Shown in pieces: positions 30,267 to 40,996 of a stretch of 64,000 nt of DNA. Position 1 is the stretch's first letter. Each line of letters opens with the position of its first letter. Below the pieces are notes generated by a model. The model saw only the letters and a program-made list of their open reading frames with translations, did not search any database and had not been told where the DNA came from. The DNA is from a virus: the IMG/VR virus record IMGVR_UViG_3300012956_000025; one strand, written 5' to 3'. Both the position numbers and the translations under genes were made by a program.

Positions 30267-30916
30267 TTCTTATTTTTTAAGTATTCCGCTAAGTTCTTTG
30301 GACGAAACTTTAGTTTTCGTATTGTACCTCTTTCCGTAGTGAGATACTTTACTGGAACAAATAATCCCTCAAAGATACGATTTGGCCGGAATAAATTAAC
30401 AAAAACTCCAACTCTCTGCATTAGCCACTTCATACTCTGTACACTCTTTGGAGTTGTAGAATTTCTACTAAAATCTGGTTTTACTTCTGTACAGGCTCTA
30501 TATAAAACTTTGTCATTAACATCTACCTTCTGTACAACAAGTAGGTTTTTATCCCACTTAGTACCACTTCCTAATTCCCAACAAAACTTACCTAAAGCCT
30601 TAGATGTAAAATAAATATCATAATCTGGAGTATAGGTAACTCCATTACTAATAGTCTGTGTCTCATGCTTGCTCCCTCTCTTCAACTGAATAGCATAACT
30701 ATTCTGAATAGGGTCACAAAGCATATATGATGGACTTCTCTCCACCTTCTCCACATATCCATCCTTCATCAACTCTTCACAAAAGAAGAGACATGATAAC
30801 TCACAAAAACTCTCATACTCCAAACCTATATACTTCCCCACTTTAGCCTCTCTTGGCTTCTTTATCCTTCTGGTTGGAGTTTTTCTTGCTGTTTTTTTCT
30901 TTATTTTTTTACTCAT
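30263..30916 (-). CDS. PD-(D/E)XK endonuclease-like protein
   Basis: YESFCE, YTPDY...EVKP. Confidence 0.6.
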   Translation of the reverse strand: MSKKIKKKTARKTPTRRIKKPREAKVGKYIGLEYESFCELSCLFFCEELMKDGYVEKVERSPSYMLCDPIQNSYAIQLKRGSKHETQTISNGVTYTPDYDIYFTSKALGKFCWELGSGTKWDKNLLVVQKVDVNDKVLYRACTEVKPDFSRNSTTPKSVQSMKWLMQRVGVFVNLFRPNRIFEGLFVPVKYLTTERGTIRKLKFRPKNLAEYLKNKK

Positions 30917-31616
30917 CTATCACAAACTTGGTTTTTTCATACTTCACTCCTTTTGGAGTCTTGTATTTGAGACCAACTATCACACCTTTATTATCTAAAA
31001 ATCTCTCATCACTCTCATCTCCATTAATAATATTATAGCCCTGCCATACCAAAGGTAATGTATTTTTGAATACTGCAGCAACATTTGCAATTTTATTTTT
31101 CAAAACATAATCACAATATTTCCAGTTATGTCCTGAGAACGAAAGTGTCAAATTATAATTAGGTAAACTATTGAGTATCACCTTATTATGGTCTTTCGTA
31201 TAATCATAAAATTGTATGTTCTTTAGTAATGACATATCATGACCTAATCTCCTGAATTCTTTATCCCAATCTATATCACTTAATAAATTCAATCTAACAG
31301 CTACCTTATTACTTTTGTTATCTAAAGTTACTAATTCTGAATATAATTTATTAACAAATTTATCTTTCTCATTAACAAAGAATTCAGTCTTCCTACTTCT
31401 GCTTTGTACTACATTTGAGAATGACTGTCTACCTGCAAATTGAAGACATGCTGTACGACATTCTTTAGTACTAAACTTACATAAATTCTCCTTCTTACTA
31501 TTCAAATCTGTGGGTTGAAGGGACAAATAGTATGTAGACATACTATTTTTTGCTGTCTTTGTATTACTTTTTCCACTAGTTAATAATTCTCTTTTATCAA
31601 AATATGATAAATCCAT
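30909..31616 (-). CDS. GP88-like protein
   Basis: CKFSTKECRTACL, VRLNLLSDIDW, QFYDYTK, GDESDERFLD. Confidence 0.75.
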   Translation of the reverse strand: MDLSYFDKRELLTSGKSNTKTAKNSMSTYYLSLQPTDLNSKKENLCKFSTKECRTACLQFAGRQSFSNVVQSRSRKTEFFVNEKDKFVNKLYSELVTLDNKSNKVAVRLNLLSDIDWDKEFRRLGHDMSLLKNIQFYDYTKDHNKVILNSLPNYNLTLSFSGHNWKYCDYVLKNKIANVAAVFKNTLPLVWQGYNIINGDESDERFLDNKGVIVGLKYKTPKGVKYEKTKFVIDE

Positions 31617-31618
31617 AT

Positions 31619-31648
31619 AAAAACAAAGAGGGGGTGTATAGCCCCCTC
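31619..31648 (-). terminator. Intrinsic terminator
   Basis: GAGGGGG/CCCCCTC stem followed by a U-rich run on the minus strand. Confidence 0.55.
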
Positions 31649-31673
31649 ACTTAACTTGAGTTTTCTAAAGTAA

Positions 31674-32177
31674 TTACTTAACTAAATAAGTCTTACCAGC
31701 TGCAGTAATAGATACTACATTATGTAATTTAGGAAGAATGTAACCCAAAAGAGACTTCTTCTGGTTACGAATAGTATTTCTATCTACAGTTTTACCACTT
31801 GAAAGTGTAACTGCCTCAAATGAATTAGATGCTCCATCTACAAAATTTGCTACAGAACTCCTGAAAATAACACCATTTTTGCTTGGTTTTTGAGCTTTTG
31901 TACGTCTGCTCTGTACTTTCACAATAGGACTTGCAGAAATACTCTTTGCAGGAGTAGTATTAGCAAGACTATAAATTCTGTATGTACCATTATCCTTATA
32001 ATTAAGTACACCATCTCCTGCTAATTGGGCCATAAATTTACTTACTACATCCTGAGTCCAAAAGTAGTAAGGATAGTCCCTTCTTAATTCATTCTTTACT
32101 TCAAGTGTTGTTACTGTGTTGTTTGCCTTCAATAATTGTTTTGCTGTAGTATATACAGCGTCCTTCATTGCTTTCAT
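31674..32177 (-). CDS. Hypothetical protein with a probable winged-helix N-terminus
   Basis: TVTTLEVKNELR..QDVVSKFMAQL. Confidence 0.55.
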   Translation of the reverse strand: MKAMKDAVYTTAKQLLKANNTVTTLEVKNELRRDYPYYFWTQDVVSKFMAQLAGDGVLNYKDNGTYRIYSLANTTPAKSISASPIVKVQSRRTKAQKPSKNGVIFRSSVANFVDGASNSFEAVTLSSGKTVDRNTIRNQKKSLLGYILPKLHNVVSITAAGKTYLVK

Positions 32178-32191
32178 TGTGTTACCATTGT

Positions 32192-32425
32192 TTAATTGTG
32201 ATATAAGAATTTCATTTCAGATACTTGTAGACAGTTTCCATATGTATCACAAACATCAAACTGTCCATTTCCTAAATCTCTAAAGATTTTAAAAGCCCTT
32301 GTTAGAATTACTGCATCATTCGGCTTGTAAATTGTCTCTGATTTAGGATAATCAAAATCATCATTTAAGTTTATTCCTATTGCCATAGTGATTATTTTAA
32401 CCAAATTATATATTTTATTCTGCAC
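32192..32425 (-). CDS. Hypothetical protein
   Basis: Small ORF in the operon; true start probably MAIGINL. Confidence 0.4.
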   Translation of the reverse strand: MQNKIYNLVKIITMAIGINLNDDFDYPKSETIYKPNDAVILTRAFKIFRDLGNGQFDVCDTYGNCLQVSEMKFLYHN

Positions 32426-33600
32426 TGTTCTTCTTTATATGCAATAATCTCACTATTCATTAATCCATGACCTGCTTTTACATAAGTTGAGTCATATCCC
32501 CTGCTACTTAACTCCTTATAATTCAGGTTAAAATGATTGCCTCTGAACCACCCATCATATGTAAATGGATTACCTGTATGAACCTCATATACTAAAATTA
32601 CTTTATCAGAATCACCTCCTGTATAATTCAGAGATTTTTGCATATGTTCAGAAAAGTAGTTTCCATCTCCATATGCCTTACCACTAAACTGGAAATTACC
32701 AACAGGACGAATCTTCAAACCTATCTCAAGAATAGGAATAACAGAAGTACAACGAGTTCCATGAATAAGAATACGTGTTGATTTATCCTTCTGATTTTTC
32801 ATCCATTTCTCAAAGGTACTATCTTCTGATGGTTTCTTCAACTCAAATATAGCATTTATTTTTCTTCCATGATTCTGCTTTACAAGATATTCTACCTCTT
32901 TAGGAGTACCTTTGCATTCCTTCATATCAGTAATACCCAACTTATCTAAAATAGTCTGGGAAGCTTTACTATCAGTTTTCTTCTGTTTGGCAGTTTTAGG
33001 TTTGATTAAAGACACCTGAGCTGCCATAGCATCTAAGTTATCCTGTTCATTCTGAAGAGTCTTCTCTAACTTAATATTAGGTAATATATAATTACTTACA
33101 TGACCCATTCTACGAGGGATTACTGTATATAAATCAACTAACAATTCATTGATTTTCAATTGAGTAGTCCCTGCTGACCTTTGCTTTCCTGCTAAAGCAT
33201 TCAATTCATCAATTATCTTCTGAGCTGCATATATCTGCTTTTGACTTACTGCATCAGCTTTGACAGAATATGTGGTAGAGACCAGATTATCTGTATACTT
33301 CTTCATTAATATAAGAAACTCGTTTACCAGCTTCTCTTTAACATCTACCAGTTTGTCTGGTACTACATCATTCTTTACAACATCAACTGTTACAAAATCA
33401 GTAACATCTTTGTATCCTTTTCTTATCTTCTCACTATACTTAGAATTCCACTTGCTATAAGGATAACTACCAGTTTGTGTAGTACTCTCAACCCTTCCGT
33501 ATTTTACTGTAAAAGTGGAACCCCCATTCCATGTCATCTCATAATATTTATTATTATTGTCCGGGGTTACCATTATCAGCTTGCAATACTGTTTATTCAT
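32392..33600 (-). CDS. Poly(ADP-ribose) polymerase: WGR, regulatory and catalytic domains
   Basis: NNNKYYEM..VKYGRV..KIRKGYKD (WGR); LYTVIPR (regulatory); LIHGTR, GKAYGDGNYFS, KSLNY, NSEIIAY (H-Y-E triad). Confidence 0.9.
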   Translation of the reverse strand: MNKQYCKLIMVTPDNNNKYYEMTWNGGSTFTVKYGRVESTTQTGSYPYSKWNSKYSEKIRKGYKDVTDFVTVDVVKNDVVPDKLVDVKEKLVNEFLILMKKYTDNLVSTTYSVKADAVSQKQIYAAQKIIDELNALAGKQRSAGTTQLKINELLVDLYTVIPRRMGHVSNYILPNIKLEKTLQNEQDNLDAMAAQVSLIKPKTAKQKKTDSKASQTILDKLGITDMKECKGTPKEVEYLVKQNHGRKINAIFELKKPSEDSTFEKWMKNQKDKSTRILIHGTRCTSVIPILEIGLKIRPVGNFQFSGKAYGDGNYFSEHMQKSLNYTGGDSDKVILVYEVHTGNPFTYDGWFRGNHFNLNYKELSSRGYDSTYVKAGHGLMNSEIIAYKEEQCRIKYIIWLK

Positions 33601-33853
33601 TCGTTAACTTTTTATATACCTCTATTAACTTAAGTTTTTCATTAATAACACGTTGAAAATCTAAATCAGCCCTTCTTATCCATTCCGGATATATTTTAGT
33701 TTCCCATCTTGACCTCATTTTAGAGCCATCGCTTCTAAACTTTCTCTTTAAATGAGCCCAACGATTTCCGTATGCGTCTTTACAGATATCTACTACTTCA
33801 CAAAAGTAATCTTTATAATATACTAAATCTCCTACTTTTAATTCCTCACTCAT
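33593..33853 (-). CDS. Hypothetical protein
   Basis: LKVGDLVYY start; operon context. Confidence 0.5.
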   Translation of the reverse strand: MSEELKVGDLVYYKDYFCEVVDICKDAYGNRWAHLKRKFRSDGSKMRSRWETKIYPEWIRRADLDFQRVINEKLKLIEVYKKLTNE

Positions 33854-33858
33854 ATTAT

Positions 33859-34287
33859 TTATTTTAAACCTAGTTCACACAATCTATTAAAATCCTTAAT
33901 ATCCTGAACAAAGACATCAAAACTCTGTCTAGCCCATAATCTATGTGAACTATAAGCAAATCCTCCCTTATACATACATCTCTGATTAAGAATAAATTCT
34001 AGTACTACAGGAAGACAATCAACAGAAATACCTCTTTCTCTGAAAAACTTAGCCGTAGTAACTAACCACTCATAGCTTTTTCTCTTTCTTATATTGGCAA
34101 GTTTCTCCTCTTCATTTTTACCTTTGGGATTACCTGTAAATATTCTTCTCTTTTTTACACCTTTTGAAATATCTTCTACCACATCGTTAGATAATATACC
34201 TGAGGTATATATAGTACTTGGTAGAGCATATGTAGTATATCCTACGCTATTTGGAGCCATATTTTCCAATTTTTTAATTTTCCACAT
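33859..34287 (-). CDS. Hypothetical protein
   Basis: 142-aa ORF in the operon. Confidence 0.5.
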   Translation of the reverse strand: MWKIKKLENMAPNSVGYTTYALPSTIYTSGILSNDVVEDISKGVKKRRIFTGNPKGKNEEEKLANIRKRKSYEWLVTTAKFFRERGISVDCLPVVLEFILNQRCMYKGGFAYSSHRLWARQSFDVFVQDIKDFNRLCELGLK

Positions 34288-34292
34288 TTCAA

Positions 34293-35390
34293 CTATTCAT
34301 ATTCTGTTCTATTTAACTTGATAATATAAGGAAAACGAGGAACATCATCAGGTGTACGATTAAAGTACTTTACTGTAGCCTCGGTTCCAATATACTTCTT
34401 GCGGTTTTTCCACACATCTGCAAGATACTCAAAATCTCCCTTGATATTAGATTTAAAGGTTTTGTCCTTTATTTTATCATGTTTCATAATAAAATATCCA
34501 ATAGTACCTGCTCTACCACCTTCTCCCTCAACAGCTCCTACAATTTCAAACTCTTCATCAATAAAGTCCTTCTTCTTAAGCAATTGCTTACTTCTCTTGT
34601 TCTCATAATCCCCTAAATCCAAACGAATAATAGAACCCTCAAAACCCTGCTCAAGAAATTGTTCATGGTATTTCTCTATATCTGCTTGATTATGAACACG
34701 ATATGTAGGAACCAGACGAATATACTTAGCTTGAACAGTAAGAGTTTTAATATACTTTTTTAAAGCTTCATATCTTTCAGAAAACTTACCTTCATGGTCA
34801 GGGAAATCATAAGCCCAAAATTGTACTTTCTGTTTTGCCTCTTCCAGTTCTTCTTTTGTAGGCTTCTGTTTCTTACATAAACTTACTATCTTGTTAAAGT
34901 CATCGTGATATTCATGATTATAGAGCTCACCATCTAAAGTAACCTCATCCTGTAATAAGTGTGGACATGCTACATACGGTTTACCATTCCTCGACATTAA
35001 TGTATTATCCTGATTAATAGCCCTTAAACCATCTAATTTAGGCTGTATAAATGTAGGAACTGTAAAGAGCAGTTTCTCATACTTACCTATTTCATGTGCT
35101 AACATAGGTTCAAAGAAGTTCTTTTCTTCTGTCAGAACCTCATTATATCCTTTATCTACTTTCTTCTGCCATTTAGACTGAGCCTCTGCTAATGCTTGCT
35201 CTTGTGGAGTAGTTTCATTTGAACGTCCTACATTCTTAGCCTTACAAACTGTTGGAAGTGAAGTAGTTAATACTCCTCCTTCTATACCCTCAGTTGTCCA
35301 AAATGAATCTCCTTGCACAGTTATTTGCCATCTTTGAATTTGCCCTTTTACTGTATATTTATAAAGTACTGGAAACGATTTTTTACTCAT
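34293..35390 (-). CDS. ATP-dependent DNA ligase
   Basis: QPKLDGLR (KxDG), LDGELY, FEGSIIR, LLKKK, VPRFP. Confidence 0.93.
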   Translation of the reverse strand: MSKKSFPVLYKYTVKGQIQRWQITVQGDSFWTTEGIEGGVLTTSLPTVCKAKNVGRSNETTPQEQALAEAQSKWQKKVDKGYNEVLTEEKNFFEPMLAHEIGKYEKLLFTVPTFIQPKLDGLRAINQDNTLMSRNGKPYVACPHLLQDEVTLDGELYNHEYHDDFNKIVSLCKKQKPTKEELEEAKQKVQFWAYDFPDHEGKFSERYEALKKYIKTLTVQAKYIRLVPTYRVHNQADIEKYHEQFLEQGFEGSIIRLDLGDYENKRSKQLLKKKDFIDEEFEIVGAVEGEGGRAGTIGYFIMKHDKIKDKTFKSNIKGDFEYLADVWKNRKKYIGTEATVKYFNRTPDDVPRFPYIIKLNRTEYE

Positions 35391-35392
35391 AA

Positions 35393-36100
35393 TTATAATT
35401 TTTCTACCATAAATTTACCATTATCTATAACAAGATATTCTCTTGGTAAACAGTCAATAAAATAATACCTTCCTCCTGTAGACTTTCCCTGAATATCAAT
35501 CTGACTATAGTGGGTATGACCTACTACTTGTATAAGATGCTTTTTAAGAATTTGTGAATCTCTCATCAAACTTCTGGGACGTATCCAAATAGGAGTTTGT
35601 CCCATATCATCTCCATAGCTATCTCTTCCATTAAATACAAAAGTTCTTGGCTTAAATATAAATAATTCATTAAGCAGATTAGCTATATTATCCTTATCCC
35701 AGCCGTCCTTCCCAAAAGTCATATCCATAAAGGATTCTCCAACTCCAGCATGAGTAAACAGTACATTATCTACTTGATATGCCATCTGGAGATACTCTTT
35801 ATTTATATCTATCACATACTCTATTTGAAATTTTCCAAGTTTCTGATAACCAGATGTGCCTGTATACCCTACAGAAGGAAAATAGTGATGGTCATGATTT
35901 CCTACTAAAAGAATCACATCATCTGGTCTGGATTTCTTAAACTGTATTATATCAAGGAAGTTATTTATCTGGTCTTCAGTCTTTACAGAGTGACTATCAA
36001 AATAATCACCTACAAATACGACTTTATCAAATTTCTCTCTGTTTATAATATCCTTCCATGATTTATGACCATGTATATCACCCACCACTATAATTCTCAT
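35393..36100 (-). CDS. Calcineurin-like metallophosphoesterase
   Basis: GDIHG, GDYFD, GNHD, THAG, GHTH. Confidence 0.9.
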   Translation of the reverse strand: MRIIVVGDIHGHKSWKDIINREKFDKVVFVGDYFDSHSVKTEDQINNFLDIIQFKKSRPDDVILLVGNHDHHYFPSVGYTGTSGYQKLGKFQIEYVIDINKEYLQMAYQVDNVLFTHAGVGESFMDMTFGKDGWDKDNIANLLNELFIFKPRTFVFNGRDSYGDDMGQTPIWIRPRSLMRDSQILKKHLIQVVGHTHYSQIDIQGKSTGGRYYFIDCLPREYLVIDNGKFMVEKL

Positions 36101-36120
36101 ACTTCTTCTTAAGATTTAAA

Positions 36121-36151
36121 TAAGTGCCTACAGTATAACCATAGGCACTTA
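36121..36151 (-). terminator. Hairpin, probable terminator
   Basis: TAAGTGCCTA...TAGGCACTTA perfect 10-bp inverted repeat. Confidence 0.55.
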
Positions 36152-36156
36152 CTTTA

Positions 36157-37506
36157 TTAGAATTTTTGAACTCTATTCTTTAGTAACTCCCTAATTTTAT
36201 TCAAATCAACAAGAGAAACAGCAGGAACATTATCTTTAACTGATAAATTCTCAAAACTCTTGTTCTTTGCAGCTTCTTCTAACTCCTCTAATGTAAAGTC
36301 ATGATATTCACTGTCAAATGCTGATATAGCACTTTCGTCAAAATGGATACCATGAGGTTTATCATTTATACAAGCCACAAACATCTCAGTAGTCCTTAAC
36401 TTACCAGTTTCCCCAACAGGAACTGTAATAGCCTTTGACGGATTTACTAATACCACAACAGGTACATCTCCAAATCCTGAATAGTCATAATTGACAGCAG
36501 CAGCATGTAATCCACCAGCAGCACAAAGACCATTATCCAAATTAATATCAGTCTCAGGAATACGATATATTCCTCCTAACTTAATAACTGTCTGTCTACC
36601 ATGCCATGCTGTAAAATCATTATTATCAAGAGTTGGTAACTCAAGATACATTTGTTGCAAATTACAGAAAGGAACTATATCTGTAGGCTTATTAATAGGG
36701 TCATATGTATTCAAGTCAACTGTACCATATTTCCCATTTTTCTTATATATTGCAAAGTAACGAGGGTCATTACCACCCTTCTTAATACGATAATATTCTT
36801 GTGTTACATAAGTAACTAATTCTTTATCAGTATTCTCTTTACTAACAATCCTTCTATATAAGATAAGATTTCCGTTCTTAGTAATTCTTACATCGTTCTC
36901 CCTAACAAATGTAAGTAAATCCTCTCTACTCTGAGGAAGGGTATTAAGTGCCAATTTCAACCAGAACATCCTCAAAGCTTGTAATTGCTCAGTAAGACTG
37001 TCCATTTCCCTTTTATCAGTAGGTAAAACATCATAATATCTTATCTTCTCTAAAATCTCAATAAAGCTTGCAGTAACAACTGGTGGCATCGCCAAATTTA
37101 CTCCTCTCATATATACCTGAGAACCAGATACTATAAAGTCTGAATTACCATCAAATATCTCAAGATTATTGGCAACAAGCTTTCTCTCCTGTTCTATTTC
37201 TCCTTTGTCTTTGGTGTTTTCAGGACCTTTATCCATCAGCATAATCTCAATATCATTCTGAGAATATGCGTTCTTTACTCTACCTAAGAGATTATTGTCT
37301 GCATTAGATTTACTAATAGTTGTACCATCATGAAAAATTACAGTAAGATTACCATTGGAATATATAATCTTCTGGTAAGGCTTTCCAGTTATCCTCTCAT
37401 ATTCTTTCTGTTCTACAACAGATTTCTCTATCAACTCATTGTTCTTAGCCTTCTTAAGAATCATTCTTTCTTCAGAAGAAAGCCATAGTGTTTTGAACCA
37501 ATTCAT
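36157..37506 (-). CDS. rIIB-like protein
   Basis: ITKNGNLILYRRI, CAAGGLHAA, VLVNPSKAITVP..GKLRT; downstream of an rIIA-like gene. Confidence 0.75.
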   Translation of the reverse strand: MNWFKTLWLSSEERMILKKAKNNELIEKSVVEQKEYERITGKPYQKIIYSNGNLTVIFHDGTTISKSNADNNLLGRVKNAYSQNDIEIMLMDKGPENTKDKGEIEQERKLVANNLEIFDGNSDFIVSGSQVYMRGVNLAMPPVVTASFIEILEKIRYYDVLPTDKREMDSLTEQLQALRMFWLKLALNTLPQSREDLLTFVRENDVRITKNGNLILYRRIVSKENTDKELVTYVTQEYYRIKKGGNDPRYFAIYKKNGKYGTVDLNTYDPINKPTDIVPFCNLQQMYLELPTLDNNDFTAWHGRQTVIKLGGIYRIPETDINLDNGLCAAGGLHAAAVNYDYSGFGDVPVVVLVNPSKAITVPVGETGKLRTTEMFVACINDKPHGIHFDESAISAFDSEYHDFTLEELEEAAKNKSFENLSVKDNVPAVSLVDLNKIRELLKNRVQKF

Positions 37507-37516
37507 ATTTATTGTT

Positions 37517-39781
37517 TTAATTTTCGATTACAATTTTTGTTCCATCAGGTAAATCATCATAGTATTTCTTCCTAAATAGGAGCACCTGATTTATCAGTCT
37601 TTCATATCTCTCCGTTGTCTCTTTATCATAATATTGAGGCTCCTGTAGAAGATTTATAAAATCATACTTCTTTATTCCCTCTTTAACTCTCAAATACACA
37701 TCCCACAAAGAGTAGTCATATAGTTTATACTCATCTGCTACCTCTAATATGCTTTCCTTCACCTTATCATCCAAATACGCTGAATGCTGGCTTACATATT
37801 TTGCCAAAATCATCTCATCGTTATGAAGATGTGACACAAACTTCTCAAAAACCTTTGACTTATATTTTTTTATACTTGCTAACTCACTGATTGCCTTACT
37901 AAATACAATAGATGAGGCTAATCTCAAAAATGGTTGACACTCTCTACTCATAAACTTTTTAACATTAATAAACTGTGAACATACTGGAATTTTCTTACTA
38001 TCCTTTTTACCAACCAAAGCAAACTTTATAGTGTTACATTTATAGAATCCGGGTATGATTTCCTTCATTTTCTCTACTTCATCCTCATCAATAATCACTG
38101 TTACAAAATGATTTTTGTGTAAATCTACCACAGGATAAGCTGCTTTCTTAAAGGATACACCTCTGAGACTTTTGTAAGAATATGCCAAAGTAACATCTCC
38201 CTGCTGCTTATTTATACCATTATAAACACCATTCTTAATATTTAGAAGCCTCTTTTGTTTCTGAACCTCTTTTTTATCATTTATCCACTTAATAAATTCA
38301 GGAGATGTATCTACATTTGTCTCATCCGTAAATGTACTAATAATAGTTGATACTACAAACTGCCACTCTTTAATTCTATCTCTCCACGCATCCTTTCTGA
38401 GAAGAGTAAGATTTAGTATAGTCCTATAGCTCTCATACCCCTGATTATCAGTTCTTGTACCTAATTTCCTTCTAAACCCGCTATCAGAAACAAAAAGAGT
38501 ATCCTTTTTATACTTCTCCTTTAAGAACTCCTTAACATTTCCAGCAAATGGAGATTTTACAATAACTGTTTTTCCTCCTCCAAAGACATGATTATCCTTA
38601 CTTACATAAAGTCTTCTCCCTGCCTTCTTCATTACTCCATACCCATCCAAATGGCCTGATATAGCATACTCTACTAATAGATGATTTCTCTTTGTCTTAT
38701 AGAAACCAGCATCCATTACAATTATACCTTTAACCTTTGGTCTGGCAATAGGAGTTTTTGAGTATTGCAGTAAGGGATTAATACGAAAAGGCTTACCTTC
38801 TACTCTTGTCTCATAATCACTAACCCCAAGATAATCATACGCCTCAAGAAAAGTATCAAACTCCTTAACCTCGTCATTGTACTTCTCCACAAACCAAGTG
38901 GCTACCTTAGCTATCTTATTGAGAATCAGACTTTTAGTCTTCTCATTTGTGATATAGCTCTCTCTTGATGGAGTGGGTGTTATTCCATCATCAAGAGACA
39001 TTCTTAAACCAATTGCTATATCTATACTCTTTATCCCAAGTGCCTCCCAATCAATAGTATAATATACATCTTTTAAACATATATGCATAGATGTATTATT
39101 ATTTAGAGAAGACCATTGGAAGTGTTCTCCTCTAAATATCTTATTTTGGGATACTTGTCCATCAATAATAAGAACAGCTGTATCATAATATGCTAACTTC
39201 TGACTTGCTTTACCTATAAACAAACCTCTTTCAGTCCACCCATTAATCATCAGTTCTGCAATTACTCCATTCTCCTCATCTGTTGGTTTACAGTAGATTA
39301 GGTCATAATTGACAAATTCTGCACCCTCATACACAATATATTTTCTCTCTTCTCCATTCTTTCTACATATAAATGTAGCTGACCTCTCCAATGAAAGAAA
39401 GCTCTTCATTCCAATCCCAAAGTGACCAATTGTATCGTTATCATTTTCCTTAGTGCTCTCCAGATAATTCATACAGATATCCTCGAAATCTCTATCATCT
39501 AAGCCTACTCCTTTATCTTCTACTGAGAATATATATTGACCTGTTATTTCTTTTCCAATCTTTACAATCACAGGATTCTCTATAGGGTCTTTTCCAGCCT
39601 GAACAACACTATCTATACCATTATTGGTCCACTCTGCTATAACTGCTGTAATTGGGTCTTTATATAAGCCTTTAGTAAGCAGATATTGTAGCTTTGCTAG
39701 CTTGTCCTGACTTATCTTAGCTTTCTTCGAGGTATCTTCACCAATAACAACTACATCTTTTACTTGTTCCTGTATAATCAT
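37517..39781 (-). CDS. rIIA-like protein with a GHKL ATPase domain
   Basis: LYKDPITAVIAEWTNNGIDS, VEDKGVGL, STK..IGHFGIGMKS, PTPSRE. Confidence 0.8.
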   Translation of the reverse strand: MIIQEQVKDVVVIGEDTSKKAKISQDKLAKLQYLLTKGLYKDPITAVIAEWTNNGIDSVVQAGKDPIENPVIVKIGKEITGQYIFSVEDKGVGLDDRDFEDICMNYLESTKENDNDTIGHFGIGMKSFLSLERSATFICRKNGEERKYIVYEGAEFVNYDLIYCKPTDEENGVIAELMINGWTERGLFIGKASQKLAYYDTAVLIIDGQVSQNKIFRGEHFQWSSLNNNTSMHICLKDVYYTIDWEALGIKSIDIAIGLRMSLDDGITPTPSRESYITNEKTKSLILNKIAKVATWFVEKYNDEVKEFDTFLEAYDYLGVSDYETRVEGKPFRINPLLQYSKTPIARPKVKGIIVMDAGFYKTKRNHLLVEYAISGHLDGYGVMKKAGRRLYVSKDNHVFGGGKTVIVKSPFAGNVKEFLKEKYKKDTLFVSDSGFRRKLGTRTDNQGYESYRTILNLTLLRKDAWRDRIKEWQFVVSTIISTFTDETNVDTSPEFIKWINDKKEVQKQKRLLNIKNGVYNGINKQQGDVTLAYSYKSLRGVSFKKAAYPVVDLHKNHFVTVIIDEDEVEKMKEIIPGFYKCNTIKFALVGKKDSKKIPVCSQFINVKKFMSRECQPFLRLASSIVFSKAISELASIKKYKSKVFEKFVSHLHNDEMILAKYVSQHSAYLDDKVKESILEVADEYKLYDYSLWDVYLRVKEGIKKYDFINLLQEPQYYDKETTERYERLINQVLLFRKKYYDDLPDGTKIVIEN

Positions 39782-40059
39782 AATGGTAACTTTCCTTGTT
39801 TAAACTTAGATTTAGGCTCTTTTATTTCCTCTAATCTAGTGATATATAGCCTTTTAACTGCATTAACATGTGTTAACAAATCAACCTCAGGCCCAATATA
39901 TCCTTGTAAGTCATTAATAAATTGATTAAATCCGGGACTTTGATATAAGCCCAGCTTCATCTTTAGGCGTTCTTCTTCAATATTTATCATATCCTTTTCT
40001 TTTTGTAACTGTAGTAATTTGTAATACTTCAATACCAAGAAATTTGAAATCTTCATCAA
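39778..40059 (-). CDS. Hypothetical protein
   Basis: ORF in the operon; true start probably MINIEE. Confidence 0.45.
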   Translation of the reverse strand: MMKISNFLVLKYYKLLQLQKEKDMINIEEERLKMKLGLYQSPGFNQFINDLQGYIGPEVDLLTHVNAVKRLYITRLEEIKEPKSKFKQGKLPL

Positions 40060-40390
40060 GATACTTATAGGGTCTTGTCTTTTCGAATAACTTTGCTCTT
40101 TCTGCCATAAGCTCTATCTGTTCAGAAGAAGGTTCTTCCCTAAAAAATATAACAAAATCATTAGAATCTTCTCCCACTTCTACAGGTCTAAAACATCCAT
40201 TATCATCAGCCTTTCTTTCTATAAACCCTTTGAATTTCTCTCTAACACCCTCATCTACAAATTCTTCTCCAACTTCACATTCACCAATGCAGCCAGTCAT
40301 AAATGCACACATTTCTCTCTCGAAATTTCCAGCATAACAATTTGTCTTAACTAAGACTCTATATCCTTCCAGTTTTTCCATGATGGTCAA
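39977..40390 (-). CDS. Hypothetical protein
   Basis: TNCYAGNFEREMCAFMTG. Confidence 0.55.
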   Translation of the reverse strand: MTIMEKLEGYRVLVKTNCYAGNFEREMCAFMTGCIGECEVGEEFVDEGVREKFKGFIERKADDNGCFRPVEVGEDSNDFVIFFREEPSSEQIELMAERAKLFEKTRPYKYLDEDFKFLGIEVLQITTVTKRKGYDKY

Positions 40391-40996
40391 TAGGTTTAAA
40401 GTTTTTTAATTTCATTAGTCTCTTAACTTCATTATAATCAAGAAGTTGATAATTCCAACCATTTATTCCCACATCAAAGGATAATGATTCCTTTATATCA
40501 GGAAGAGTATGATGGGAATGTCCATACAAATGCCAAGTACCGTGATGACTTCTGTCCCATACTCTCATTGCATAGTGATTAAGAACTATATTTTGATGGC
40601 CATCTCTTGCATCATTATCAGGAACACTTATCATTCTCTGCTCTCCTAAGTATGTACCATACTTCTGATAGAGCTTTATTGTATCCTTTTTATCATGATT
40701 TCCCTTAATAAAGTATAGATTTGCTCCAGTCAAACCCAAAGCTATCATATGCCCTTCCATCTCGTTTTGACTCTTTGTTAAAGAGAAATCTCCAAGATAA
40801 TATAAATTATCTCCTTTCTTCAATTTTCCAATTACATTCTTAATAATTGTCTCATCCATTTCTCTTATAGACTTAAACGGACGGTTGTCATACTTAATTA
40901 TATTAGGATGACCTAAATGCCTTACCAGTCCGAGGAAAAGTATACTGTACTTTCCTCGGACTCTCTGCCTCCTACTCCAGATTTATATTTTTCCAT
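40359..40996 (-). CDS. Metallophosphoesterase interrupted by a 5-nt insert (TAAGG, 40924-40920); recoded gene or pseudogene
   Basis: Segment 40996-40925 = MEKYKSGVGGRESEESTVYFSSDW; segment 40919-40359 = HLGHPNIIKYDNRPF..LGDFS..KGNHD..NHY..LYGHSH..DVG; joined product 210 aa. Confidence 0.8.
40927..40962 (-). promoter_or_regulatory. 15-bp RNA hairpin ending in the Trp codon before the internal stop
   Basis: AGTCCGAGGAAAGTA-cagta-TACTTTTCCTCGGACT (one bulged U). Confidence 0.8.

Noticed and set aside
40915..40930. Intron explanation for the TAAGG insert
   Set aside because: Five nucleotides cannot form a self-splicing intron, and the LAGLIDADG ORF lies upstream rather than inside the interruption.
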